From contig JAHRHZ010000002.1 of NCBI GenBank assembly GCA_024137785.1, forward strand, positions 19,302,685 through 19,366,684: a DNA stretch of 64,000 nucleotides, written 5' to 3'. Origin of the DNA: Ginglymostoma cirratum (Eukaryota). The notes under the pieces are model-generated. The model searched no databases. It saw only the letters and a list, made by a program, of their open reading frames with translations, and was not told the origin of the DNA. The position numbers and the translations under genes are program-made. Below, piece by piece: positions 40,743-54,000 of the stretch. The first letter of the stretch is position 1; the number at the start of each line of letters is the position of its first letter.

Positions 40743-43029
40743 ACCAAGAAAGCAAGTATGTTTTCATTTCTAGATGACCACACACTTTAACACTTTGATT
40801 TCTGATGAAGGGTTTAGGCCCGAAACGTCAAGTTTTCCTGCTCCTATGACGCTGCTTGACCTGCTGTGTTCATCCAGCCCCATGCTTGTTATCTCGAATT
40901 CTCCAGCATCTGCAGTACCTTTTATCTCTCACACACTTTAATCTTCAAGTTTCTTTACGTATGACTTCCTTGTTAGTAATTTTGAACATGTTCTGGGAGA
41001 TTTCACTTCTCTGTCTACTAAAGTGCATAGGATTCTTAACATGGATGCAATGCTTCCTGTTTCCACAAAGGAGTATCTTTGTCAACTTCAAACTGGTAAA
41101 CATTTACTGATTAAATTTCTTCACACACTCACAAGTATTCGGTTATGGCTGGGTGGGTTGCAAAAGCGCCTCTAAGTCTGATGGTTCTGGGTGCATTGTG
41201 CTACTCCTGAGACTTGAAATTGCTCAGTGTTGCCCTATTGGATACATTGGACATTCCCTTTGGACACTGGATATTCCCTTTGGAATTATACCTTAATCTG
41301 CTGCTCAATTTGACCTTTCATATAGGCATAAATATCCATGAATATGTTTTCGAAGAAGAGCGAAGACTTTCTCCCTCACGTCCTGGCCTGGCCTGTTTTC
41401 ACTATCTACCACAACCCCCCACCCGCAACCACCACCACCAAAAATACTAATCTGGCACTTTATCACATTGATGTGTGTGTGTGTGTGTGTGTTTATGTTG
41501 AAGGCTGGGGGATAGGGGTGGCTCATTGTTTACGCAATTTCCCTGCAAAGGTTGCTGAATCACAAAAACAAACCATAAAATGGTGTACACTTACTTAAAT
41601 GAACTGTCAAGGTTAACCTCATTTTACAAATTGGACATTGCACTTCTGACAAGGCTCATCCAATTTCCCCTGAATATTTCACAGGTCAGTCAACCAAAAG
41701 AATTAAAGTGGTGTGGGAAGAAACCTTTTCATACCGTGTGTGGCTTGAGTCTTGTTTACACTGCCTGGAAATGTGATGGGAGTAAATTCAACCAAAGCGT
41801 TCAAGGGGTCTTTTTGATGGTTATATCAACAGAAATAATGTGCAATGTTATTTGAAAGGGTGGTACTAAGTTTTGGTTCTCATCTGAAGAATTAAGGAAG
41901 AAAGACCATGGACAGATTGGCCTCCTTCTGCACTCGAACAGCCATCTTCTGGAGGCACATGTTGGACCAGGTAAGAATGGCGGAATGTTTAGTGTACCAT
42001 TGATTCACTATTGCGACTGGTGTTATCATTTTTTTTGGTTGGATTTAAAAGTCATAAATTAATGGAGGAATTTGGACCCTGGGACCCTGTGCATTAGTGC
42101 ACTGACTTTAGAATTGCACCTAACGCTTGTGGTGATCCAAGCAGAGTGAATATGTTTGTGAAAGAATATGTTCCCAAGTTGACTTGCTCTTTACGAAGGC
42201 CCTTCTTGAACAACTAATATTGAAAACCCGCACATGGGTTTCAATACCTCTGTGCAGCGGAACTACATTAAAGTGCACATTGTCTTTGTTGTTTTGTCAT
42301 GACCAAGCAAAAGAGGATCCTCATAAACAGCAACAAAGTGGGGCTAAAATCGTCCCATTAAAGTGGCAGCAACTTTTCACTCTGACGCGATGAGCATGTT
42401 AGCGGCGTTTGTGTCACGGTAGCACTATTGGGCCTGGGATCACAAAGCCGCCTGCCGCACCTGGCTGACGAAGTTACTGTGAAATGTCTATATTAACCTA
42501 AACCGTTGCCAATATTTCGCCACTGAAATGTTTTAACTAAATTGATTTTATATTGATTCCCGGCGATCCATGATCCTGATTCTTATACCACGATCTCTCT
42601 CTTCGTAACAAGTTCCCCATTCTTGTGCGTACTGAACTCAGAGGTTGACATCCAACCCTCTCTAGTCCGGATTATTGCTGTTGAAAGCAAGTTTGTGTCG
42701 AATACCTTGGGAACTGACATTTATGTTTTGTTTTCTGTTATTCTGTTGCCTCTGCCTTCTCTTCATCCGGAAATACAGCTTTGAAAATCCCCCAAGACCG
42801 ATCCTCCAAATCGCTAAAATTTGCCTAATTTGCCCTTCCAATATTTCAACAATTGTTGGTGTTCCACATTGTTTACCCAATGGTTGCAAAGGTTGCTGAA
42901 TAGCCACACCTTGTAAAATCAAATGGCAAAGGTTGTGTACACTTGCCTGAATGTACTGTCAACGCTAACCTCACTGCTAACGCCAAGCTGTCGCAATTCT
43001 GTATAACGCCTTTCTTTACAAGCACTGCG

Positions 43030-43200
43030 GGGGTTGTCAGTTAGCTCAGTTGGCTGGACGGGTGATTTGCAACCAGTAGTTACAGCGTGAGTTCAATTCC
43101 TTCTCCAAGCTCACTTTACCATGAAGACCCCACTTTTTCAACGTCACCTCTGGCGTGAGTCCAGGTGACTATCAGTCATCTCTCTCTCTCTCTAATAAGA
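43030..43200 (+). mobile_element. tRNA-derived SINE (third family); reverse copies at ~43410-43500 and ~44600-44712
   Basis: A-box ttagctcagttgg and B-box gagttcaattcc; not a complete cloverleaf. Confidence 0.6.
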
Positions 43201-43887
43201 GTTCGGGGCTACAGAAACTTTCTGCTTCTTTTTGAATGTTTTTAAGATTTATTTTCAATACCTCCCGTTTGATTTTCACTTCCCCCTTTCAAAGCTAGAA
43301 GGTCACTCTGGTGGTCAGAAACAATCTAACCGAACGTTCATCGAAGATAGGCTTTTCATCTCATTTTATTACTTTGAACAAATTGAAGATTCTGATAAGG
43401 TAAAAGGTAAAGTCTCCATTGTCCTGCGAGAGAAAGAGAGAGGGCTGGTGGTGGTTTATCCTGAGGGACAACACAACTCAGGCGGTGGGGTAAGAGTGAG
43501 ACTCTTCTTCTTGGAGGAGGAAAGGCAGATAGAAGAATTGATTGAAGTATTTAAAATCATGAGACGTTGGACTGAGTAAATAGGGAGAAAACGTTCCCTA
43601 TTTTCACGTGGAAAGATGGAGAACAAGAAAGCAAGATTAGGCCCGAAACGTCAAGTTTTCCTGCTCCTATGATGCTGCTTGACCTGCTGTGTTCATCCAG
43701 CCCCATGCTTGTTATCTAAGATTTAAAGTAAGTCGTAAAAGAAGCAAAACTGTTACATGGAAAATTGTTTTCATGCAGCGAGTAGTTAGGGTCGACAATG
43801 AATTATCTGAGAATGTAATGGAGTGCAATTGGAGCATAAAAGGGACCTGATTGGGCTGGAGTTATTTTAATCGATCTGTTTAAAGAT

Positions 43888-44515
43888 GTTAGGTAGGCTT
43901 GCCTTTATTGGACAGTGCATTGAATCTTGGTGTTGGGAGGTCATATTGCGGCTGTACAGGACATTGGTTAGGTCGTTATTGGAATACAGCGTACGGTTCT
44001 GGTCTCCCTGCTATAGGAAAAATGTTGTGAATCTTGAAAGGGTTCAGAAAAGATTTACAAGGATGTTGCCAAGGCTGGAGGGTTTGAGCTATTGGGGGAA
44101 GGGGAATAGACTGGGGCTTTCTTCCCTGGAGCATGGAGACTGAGGGGTGACCTTATAGAGGGCTTGTAAAATCATGAGGTACACGGATAGGGTAAATAGA
44201 CAAGGTCTTTTCCCAGGGGATGGGTGAGTCCAAAAGCAGAGGGCATAGGTTTAAAGTGAGAATGGAAATATTTAAAAGAGACCTAAAGGGCAGCTTTTTT
44301 CAATCTGGAGGTGGTGTGTGTATGAAATGAGCTGCCAGAGGAAGTGGTGCAGGCTGGTACAATAACGACATTTAAATGCACTTTTGAATATGAACCGTTT
44401 AGAGGGATATGCGCCAAAAGCTGGCAAATGGAATTATATTCAATTAGGATATCTGGTCGGCATGGACGAGTTGGACCGAAGGGTCTATTTCCGTGCTGTG
44501 TACCTCTATGACTAC
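43888..44515 (+). mobile_element. CR1 LINE 3' fragment
   Basis: LRLYRTLVRSLLEYSVRFWSPCYRKNVVNLERVQKRFTRMLP; ctatgact tail. Confidence 0.9.
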
Positions 44516-44995
44516 GTTATTGTACACCTCTGGAGCAGGTGGGACTTGCTCGGTCTCCTTCTTCGGAGGTAGGGACGCTACCACTAAAGTCCCCCCTGAT
44601 TGAGAGTCCTTCATCGTGACCTCAGCCAGGGTGAATCGAATTGAACCCACGCTGTTGGCGTCACTCTTCATCGCAAACCCAGGCATCCAAGCTAACTGAG
44701 CTCACCAGCCCCCTCAATGGAGTCAACACCTGCTGGAATGTACGAACTGTTAAAATTAACTTTAACTGATTTATTAACGCTCTCAAAGTATTCAATGATG
44801 CCTGTATTGTATTCAAACCCGATTCTTTCCTCACTGCTTTTAAAATATCGCTGGCATCACATTCGGTGGGCTGTTAGGGATGAAACCAAACGCTGTTTGT
44901 TTTTCTCCGTTCGCGTCAACACTAGCGTTACACGTCACTCTGCTTCCCCGTAGGTCACAGGCGAGTTCTTGTCACTGTGCAAAGCAAGAATCGAG

Positions 44996-45053
44996 ATGCA
45001 AACCGTTCAAATGCGGATGTTCCTGAATTTAATGACAGCTCTTTTGCACACCG
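44996..45053 (+). CDS. Gene B exon 1, leader MQTVQMRMFLNLMTALLHT(D)
   Basis: gagATG, strong donor G|gtgagt, phase 1, in frame with V exon; exact start Met uncertain (several in-frame ATGs). Confidence 0.65.
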
Positions 45054-48000
45054 GTGAGTTTCTGTCCTATTACCCCTGATATACATATAGTGTTTTAACA
45101 CGGAACAAACTAAAAGCCGAAAGAACTGCGGATGCTGTAATTCAGAAACAAAGCCAGAAATTGCTGGAAAAGCTCGGCAGGTCTGACAGCATCTGTGCAG
45201 AGAAATCAGAGTTAACGTTTAGGGTGAGCAACCCTTCCTCAGAGCTCGACCCCGAAACGTTAACTCTCATTTCTCTCTCCAGATGCTACCAGACCTGCTG
45301 AGCATTTCCAGCAATTTATGCTTTTTGTTTCTGAAGGGACAAACAGCGCCTTTCAAGGAGAATTCCTTCTTATTAGGCATCGAGGATTATTTTCTTCCAC
45401 TCCGATGCTGTGAACTCTAAAGTGACTAAACTGTCCAATACTGCAACCCCATACCCTGCCACTGGTGGGGGAATTGGTATTTGCTGAACGAAGTTAACAG
45501 GCAATCGAGTAGCAATAAATGTGTGTGAGAAAGGGTTGTGGTTAATCCTGTGGAGAAACACAAGGTAATACATTTTGATAAGAAGAGCGTGGAGAGGCAA
45601 CATTAAATGAAGCTACAAGAGGGATTTGGATTTACATGTGCATGAATCATTAAAGGTGGCAAGAGAGTTTGAAAGTGATTAGTATAGGACACAGAATCAG
45701 AGGCCCTATAAATAGTTACATAGAGTACTACTGCAGTGAAAAATGTAGAAGGTGTATAAGACACTGGCTCAGCGTCAGCTGGATTATTTTAAATTAGGAA
45801 GGATGTGAAAGCCTCGGAGAGAGTGCAGGGTGGTTGACAGAATGGGGGAGACAACGCCCAAAAAGTGGTATTACCACTGGACTGTTAATTCAGAGACCGA
45901 GGTAACGTTCTGGGGATACAGGTTCGAATGGTGGAATTTGAATTCAACAAAAAAAACCTGGAATCAAGAATCTAATGATGACCGTGAATCCAATGTCGAT
46001 TGTGGGGAAAACCCCATCTGGTTCACTAATGCCCTTTAGGGTAAGAAACTGCCATCCTTACCTGGTCTGGCCTACATGTGACTCCAGACCCACAGCAATG
46101 TGGTTGACTCTGAACTGCCCTCTTCGCAATTAGGGATGGGCGATAAATGCTGTCTAGGCAGCGACGCACTCATCCCATGAATGAATAAAAAAATGTTCCG
46201 GGAATGAGGCATTCCTGTAACGAAGGTAGATTGGAGAAGCCTGTACTGCTCTCCTTGGACAAGGAAAAGCAGAGAGAAAAATTGATTGAAGTACTTAAAA
46301 TCATGAGACGTTGGACAGAGTGAATAGGGAGAAAATGTTCACTATTTTCGCATGGAAAGATGGAAAACAAGAAAGCAAGATTTAAAGTAAGTTGTAAAAG
46401 AAGCCAAAGTGTTATAAAGAACGTAATTTTCACGCAGCGAGTAGTTAAAGCCTAGAATGAAATATCTGAGAGTGTGATGAGACTTGAACAAACTGGGATT
46501 ATTTTAATCAGCTTGTTTAAAGATGTCATTACACACCTCTGGAGCAGGTGGGACGTGAACCTGGGTCTCCCCGTTCGGTGGCAGGGACACTACCACTAGA
46601 GTCCCACCTGACTGAGTTACATAAGATTACGAAGGTGCTGGCATGGTGGATGAGCAGGTCAATGGTGAATAACAAGGCAAAATAATTTTAAGGTGAAGGG
46701 TGTGAAGTTTAGAGGGGATTTGAGGAAAAACGTTTTAACCCAGAGAATGGAGGAAATCTGGTATGCATTGCTCGGAAGGCTAGCTGTGGCAGGAAGCTAC
46801 ACAATCTTTAAAAACTATTTGCTTGAGCAATATAAATATCATAATATTCAAGGCTACGGACCGAATGCTGGATTATGGGATTAGGGGAGACTTAGAGTTT
46901 TTTTTTATCGTGTGCAGACTCGATGGCGTGATTCTATGATTCCAGAGGAATTTACAGTGAAATTAAACTGCTGTCTGAAAGGAAACAACGGGCAGGCTTA
47001 TGGGGAGAAGGCAGAAAGTATAGCACCAAGTGAGCTGCTAATATGGAGAGCTGGTGCAAACATAATTACGAAGGAAGCCATTCAGCCCTACATCGCATCT
47101 GCACTATCTGTCCTACGAGCCTCGTGACTTAGTACCTCTCCCTCCTAATCATGTACATTGTTTCTATTCAAATAAACATCTGATATCCTATCAAATGCCT
47201 TAATTGAACCTACCATCATCACACTGTCAGGCAGTGGATTCGAGACTTTTTCTGTGAAAAACATCTTTTTACCGTCACATTTGCCGCATTTGCAAATCAC
47301 TTCAAATCTGTGCCCTCGCATTCTTAATTATTTTTATAAGTGGAAACAGTTTCTCCCTATACTCCATTCAGACATTTCAAGTGAAAGTTTCTGCCAGGTG
47401 TCTTCTCAGCTTCCCTATCCCATCCGCATAACTGGAACAATTTTTATAATTCTCATCCGTTCTATAGTGTGGTACCCAGAACTGTACACAATACCTCAAC
47501 TGAGGCTTAAAGTGTATAAGTTGTATAAATCCATGATGGGCCGAATGGTACTCTATGCATCGTAACTATTCTGCAATTCTATGACTATGATGAATCCGAT
47601 TACTTTTATGGATAGCTTTAACATAAAGTCAGACAGCGTGGAATGAGGCCATTTAGCCCATGGTTCCTTCTCTGGCTCTTTGAAAATGTTATCCTCCAGT
47701 TCGTTTCCCATGTTCATTTAATTGTTTTCCTTTACAAGTTTAGCCAATTATTTTGTGTAAATTCTTATTGTTAATCAGTTTACAATATGCTTTTAGCTGG
47801 TAAATTCCAGGTTTTACAAATTATATCTATTAAACGTTCTCATCTTAGAAAATTCTGTGGAAAACCATTAAAAATTAATATCAGCAGTTCTGGAAATAAC
47901 CGACACCTTGGACTCCTATAAGTTTTTTTTAATATAAATACAAAAATACTCTGTGGAAATCTGAAATTAAAAATAACGCAAATAGCTGGAAATATTCAGC

Positions 48001-51000
48001 AGCTGTTATGACATGAGTGGAGAGATAATCAGACCTCATTATGAAACCTTGTTAGGGAGATCATATCCTTATTTTTGTAGTTGGTTAACACTGTGGTTTC
48101 TCACTGAAACTTATTGACATGCATCTGCATGTACTATTTAAAACAGAACAACTTCTTTTACACAAATTGAACAATAAATATAACTAGCTAGGGAGATCTT
48201 AATGCAAATATCAAAACAAGAATTCAACCTGTTTTCCAACACCATTGTTGCAAAGATTCAATCCCAGAGAACTGTCATTCCTGCCTCAGATTTTCAATCC
48301 TTACTTGATTCACAGCAAATGGGGAAATGTAAATTGCTCTCTTTGGCAGGAAGAATAAAAAGGTAGTGTACTATTAAAATAGAAAGAGGTTGCAAAACTC
48401 AGGTTTTCGAGATGATCTTGTCACCCTATGCATGAATTACCAAAAGTTAGTTTGCATACAGCAAGTGATTAGCAAGACAATTGAAATGTTTTTATCAGAA
48501 AGGGAATGAAATATAGGTGTTGTGGAATTTTATGGCAGTTGCAGAGTGTATTGATGAGGCCACATCTGGAGTATTGTTTACATTTTCCATCTTGGCCTGT
48601 GGGCATCAGTGGCAATCTTAGCATTTGCTACCAAACCCAGATTATCTTTGACCTCAGTGGCTTGCTAGGCTATTTCAAAGGCCCTCAAGAGTCAACAAAA
48701 TTGCTTTGGGTCTGGAGTCATGCATGGGCCAGACTTCCTTCCCTAAACCATATTAGTAAGCCAGGATGGGTTTTTACAAACATTGAAGATATTTCCACAG
48801 TCACCATTATTGAAACAAATTACTAATTCCTGGTTTGCTTTTATTAGTAATGTGTTGAACCCATATTCCTAGAGCATTAGCCTGCATCTCTGGGTTGCTA
48901 ATCCAGTTACTTTTGCTTTTATTTAACCTATTATCCTATTCAACCTGTTCAGAGATGTTCCAGGATAAGGATGTTACTACTGCACCACAAGCAGGCCCAA
49001 GCCTGTGAACTTTACATTTAAGTGTAAAGCCTCTCAAACTGCAAATTAACTGATACTTTACACTCAAATATATAGGGCCCCATTTATTCATTACTGGCAC
49101 GTGAGCACCTTTGGCAGAACTGACATGCTTTTCTGGATCTGAATAACACCAGAGAAATTGATGGTGGGCATCATTTTTAATAAGCTACACTCTATCTGGT
49201 GTATGTACCCATAGTGCTGTTTGGGAACAGAGTTCCAGGATTTTGACCCAATCACAGTAGGGAACAGTGATATAGTACCAAGTCAGAATGAAGTGTCTCT
49301 TGGAGGGGAACTCGTGGTGTTCCTAATTCTCTGCAGCCCTTGTCCTCCTATCCGATAGAGATCACAGGTTCAGAAGCTGCTGTTAAAGGAGACTTAATAG
49401 AGTACAGCAGTGTATCTTGTAGATGGTATATTTTACTGCCACTTTGCAATATTGCAGAAAGCCTGAATATTGAAGCTTGGATGGGGTGCCCAAACAATCT
49501 GTCTGCTTTGTCTGGGATGATGTCTATTTCCTGAAATATTGAAACTGCAACTGTTTGAAAAAGTGAGGAACCTTGAATCAGGGTCCTCACTTGCATCCCA
49601 CATATGATGGGAAGCCTTTGGGGAATCCAGAAGTGAAGTTGCTGATTCAAACAGATATGAATGTCGGGAATTCTCCACCTCAGGGAGTCAGTTATTGAAT
49701 ATGAAAGAGGTTGACTGTATTTTGGATACTTTAGGATTGAATATCTTGGGGGATTATTCTGGAGGTATTTGTGAGGTAGGAAATCAGACATTAGTCTAGT
49801 GAATGGTGGAGCAGGCTCCAAGGGCCGGCTCCAGCTACCGATCATGTGTTCTTCTGATGAAATTGTTCCATTGTACTCCAGACAGCGTGCTGATGAGGGA
49901 AGTCAAAGCGTTCCAGTCTCCAGATGTTGTGCGTGCGACAGAAGGAGAATCTGTGCAGCTGAACTGTACCTTTGAAGCACTAGGGCGGGTTGGAAAAATT
50001 GTTTGGAGGCGTGCCTTTGAAAACGCAGAAGTTTCGGACAGGAACCCTTTCTATGAGAGGCGGCTGGAGACATTGGGGTCTGAGTTATTTGCCCAGGGCA
50101 AGACTTCCATTAAAATCAACAGAGTATCGAAAATGGACTCAGATTATTATTACTGCCAGGTGGAATTCATGACAACTGGGAAAAGCAATGGGACCACTAC
50201 ACAACTTGTTGTAACTGATCGTAAGTGAACAGACAAGAGTTGATTTTAAGAGATTTTTTTTCCAGTATCATGACATTTTCATAGCTTATGTTCATGTTAT
50301 ATTCCCAGATAGCATGTGGGCACTGTCAGTTATAGCCTTGCATCTGGATCAGTTTTGGCAAATTGCTTGCAGGAAAAAAGGAAATGCAATAGGAAACATC
50401 TCTTCCTGGTGTGTTGCCCTAACTGACACCAAGGGTAACCATCCCTCACTGCGCTCATTGACCTAGGCTGACTCCTCATCCTTATAACTTGTGACTTTTC
50501 TCTATGGACCAGCCCGTCCCTATCGTTATCCTCTTTGTCATCCTCACTGCCCCTGGGGATTCTCCGTTCCTTCAATTCTGGACTGTTGTGCGATGCCCCA
50601 TTTAAAGAACAAAAAGCAAAGAGCTTTACAGCACAAGAACAGGCCTTTCAATCCACCAAGCTTTGAAATGACACATGATGCCCTTCTAATCTAAAAATAT
50701 TTTGCCTCTATGTAATCGTATCCTTTTATTCCCTGCCTATTCAAGTATCTGTCAAGATGCTCTTGAATGTTGTGATTATCTGTTTCTACCACCTCTTCTG
50801 GCAGTATCCAGGCACTTACTACCCTCTGTAAAACAAAGCACTTACATTTCCGTTAAATTCTCCTCCTTTTACCATAAACCTATGTCCCCCAGTAATTGAC
50901 ATTTCTACCATCTGTCATCTCAACATAGGAGGTACTGTCTTCAACTCCCAAAGCTCTGAGAGCTACTCTCTCAAAAATTTTCCCCCTATCTAGCCCCCAC

Positions 51001-54000
51001 CCCACTCCTTTAATGCCCAGCTCCTGGAGATCTTTTTCCATGTAGGTCTTACAGGAAGTGCTTTATGAGATAGTTGATGCATTGGTTTCAATTTTCCAGA
51101 ATTTCCAAGATTCCAGGTAAGTTCAACTGAATTGGAACAGGAAAAATATAACCCCTTTACTCAAAGAGAGAGAGACTGAGAGAGAGAGAGAGAGAGATAC
51201 AGAAAACATGAAACTATAGGCCAGTTAGTTAACATCTGTCAAAGGAAAGATGGTAAAAGTTATCACTACATATGTTCTGGCAGGACATTTTGAAAAAAAA
51301 TTAAAGTAATAGGGCAGAATTAACATGATTTTGTGAAAGGGAAATCATTTCTCACTGACTTATTGGAGTTACTTGTGCTATCAGTAAAGGGGTACTGGTG
51401 GATTTTCTATGCTTATATTTCCAGGAGGCATTTCAGAAGGTGACACATTGAAGATTATTGTAGAAATGAAAAGCTTGTGGTTTGTAGGTAGCATATTGAC
51501 ATGGATAGGAGATTGGCTAGCTAACAGAAAAGAATAGGCATAAGTGTCATTTTTCAAGGGGCAACAAGTGGTGTGCCTCAGGGATTGGTGCTGCATTCTC
51601 ACATTTTTATAATTTACCTAAGTAACTTGGACGAAGGGACTAATTGTATCTTAATTAAATTGGCTAAAAACACAAAAATAGGTCGGAAAGTAAGTCATGA
51701 AGAGGACATTAGAAGGCTACAAAGTGATTTTAGAGAGAGGTTGTGGTGGTGGGGTGGTGGGGAGCTAGCAGGAGTTGGTGGAGTTTGAAATTTTACCATA
51801 ACCCACCAGTCAGAGATGCAAGTTTTCACTCCATCGAGTTACTGTGTTTGAGATGATGGCATTGAGTGAATGTTACTGGAAATTTTAGTTGCATTTAGTT
51901 TATTTCTTCAGAAACTGGTTGTGGAGAATTCATAGACCCTGCAATGTTTATTGGTGTGCTGTTGTGAGTTACCTCAAGAATGGCTAATGTGATTTTGTAG
52001 GAATACTACATGCACACATCATTCTCCCCGTTACATTTTTCAGAAATGCTTCAGATTGCTATGTAAATTAATAATTGTGAATTAAATGGATCTTTGTTGT
52101 CTTACACCAGAGCATGGAACTGATTGTCCTCAACCAATCATCAGTCAATCATTTTCACTGATGCTGGGGCTCCTGGGGTTATTCACGCTTGCGATTATTG
52201 TCCTATTCTTTCGACTGTACAGTCAACATAAAGGTATGGTGTAAAAGCAAAAACAGTTATGACTTTTCTGTTATCTTTGAGAATGTATTGTAGATTTGTG
52301 GCAAGCTTGGTGCTGATTGTAGGGATTGCATGTGTTATTGCAATTATTATAGCATAAAAGCTGTAATTAGCAAAGAAGTATAAGAGAATGTCTTAAATTT
52401 CACTAATTTTATAAACTTTCCTTTCAATTTAGTTTTATCGAGTCTTAAAGGGTATGTATGGAATGTTTCACTTTTCACTATATAAGTGTCGGCTTTTACA
52501 ACATAGGAACATACAATCCATAATGTCTTTAACTTGATCTTATCTTCCAGGTCACACACAGTCACACAAGTGAAAGGAAATGACTGTACAGATGGTAATG
52601 TTTTATGGCCATTTCTTATAGTCAGACAATTGTATAGTTAAATATTGAACCATGTTTTTTGCTGCTATGATGTACTTCATAAGGGTGTTTAAATACCTAA
52701 TCTATAAATAGTTGTTTGAAAGTATGAGACATCAGCATGAAATTAATTGTCAATAACAAATAATTTATAATCTCACCTCAAAGAACAGCCTTCATTATTC
52801 TTGATCTGCGCAAAGCTAGGACAATAAAATGAACTGCAGTAACACCCTAACCCCTGTCTCAGAATGTTCAGGATGCATGTCCCACTCAAGAAAGTGAAGG
52901 AAAAAAGTCAAGGCTGGCACTTCCTTCAGTGCTGAACTGTTTAAGATACTGACATCCAGACAAGATCTGAAACTAATGCCTAGTTGGCCTGTTCAGTTGG
53001 CATGGTGCTACAATTAGGGAGTTCTTGCTGATATACTCTCCAGGTCTCTAGTTCAGTGATGGCTCACTTGCAGGCATTTCCAAGGTTACCTCATCCTCTG
53101 TAACTGAACTGCAGCATACAGACAATGCTTGTGTCTGCATTTACTCCAGGCCAAAGTCAACATAGGAACGTGCACAACAGCAAGGCCCTTACACTAAACT
53201 TTCATAAGATAAAGTTCATCTACTAACCTGTCCCCTGGTTATCAAAATCCATGACAAGGCCTTCGACAACATAGAGTATCTTCCATACCTTGTGAGCTTA
53301 CTATCAACTAGGTCAGACATTAAAGAGGACAGAGCATCTGGGTAGGATCCACATGTCAGGAGTGTCATCGCTGTTGGTAAGCAGATGTCAAACCTCAGCA
53401 GAAAGAGGTGCAGCTGGCAAACCAGATATCCCACCCTCCGATTTCCAAAACTAGCTACTGTCCCATATGTGATAGAGACTGGTTCATGTTTTCATTACCA
53501 AGAGGTAATTTTTAGCATTACCTAAATGCTAAAAATTTAGGTAATTTTTAACAGGTTTGCTCAACCAGAAGGTACCGCTTAAGAAGAAGAAGAAAAAGAA
53601 TAAGACTAGCCACTTCAGATCCATCGATCACAGTGCTGTTTTTGAGAACTGGCTGTGCACCAATTAGCCACTGTGTTCCATACGCTATGACAGTGACTAC
53701 ACTTCAAAGCACATTGTGATGTTCTGGAATTGTGTTTTCGCACCAAGGTGGTGGAAATCTAGAATCTCATTCCTGCAAAAATCCAGAGAGGGCAATTGAA
53801 AATTCAGAATTGAGATGTACCAGGGTAAAGGGGCTGAATGGTCTCCTTCCTGTTCCAAAACATTGGTGACTTGGAAAAACTATGGGGTTAGTGATTCTCA
53901 ATGGGCACTTGGACACTGCAAAAGGAACGCTGCGTGGAGTCTCAGTTTAAATTCTAAGTAAGAAGAATGCTCACTTGCATGAAGTATGACTGACTGGTGA

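Noticed and set aside
43030-43105. tRNA gene
   Set aside because: A/B boxes are present but there is no complete cloverleaf, and it continues into a repeat body shared with 43410-43500 and 44600-44712; it is a SINE head.
24838-50220. The two V exons as rearranging Ig/TCR V gene segments
   Set aside because: Each V exon already includes the J-like G strand and ends in a splice donor; no heptamer-spacer-nonamer RSS follows, and no C-domain exon was found.
53629-53660. CACAGTG heptamer (also at ~6984) as an RSS
   Set aside because: No ACAAAAACC-like nonamer at 12 or 23 nt; the context is repeat-derived.
53780-53810. ccagagagggcaattgaaaattcag as a duplicate of the gene B micro-exon
   Set aside because: No GT donor or pyrimidine tract, and it lies in a decayed CR1-like stretch; similarity is probably coincidental.
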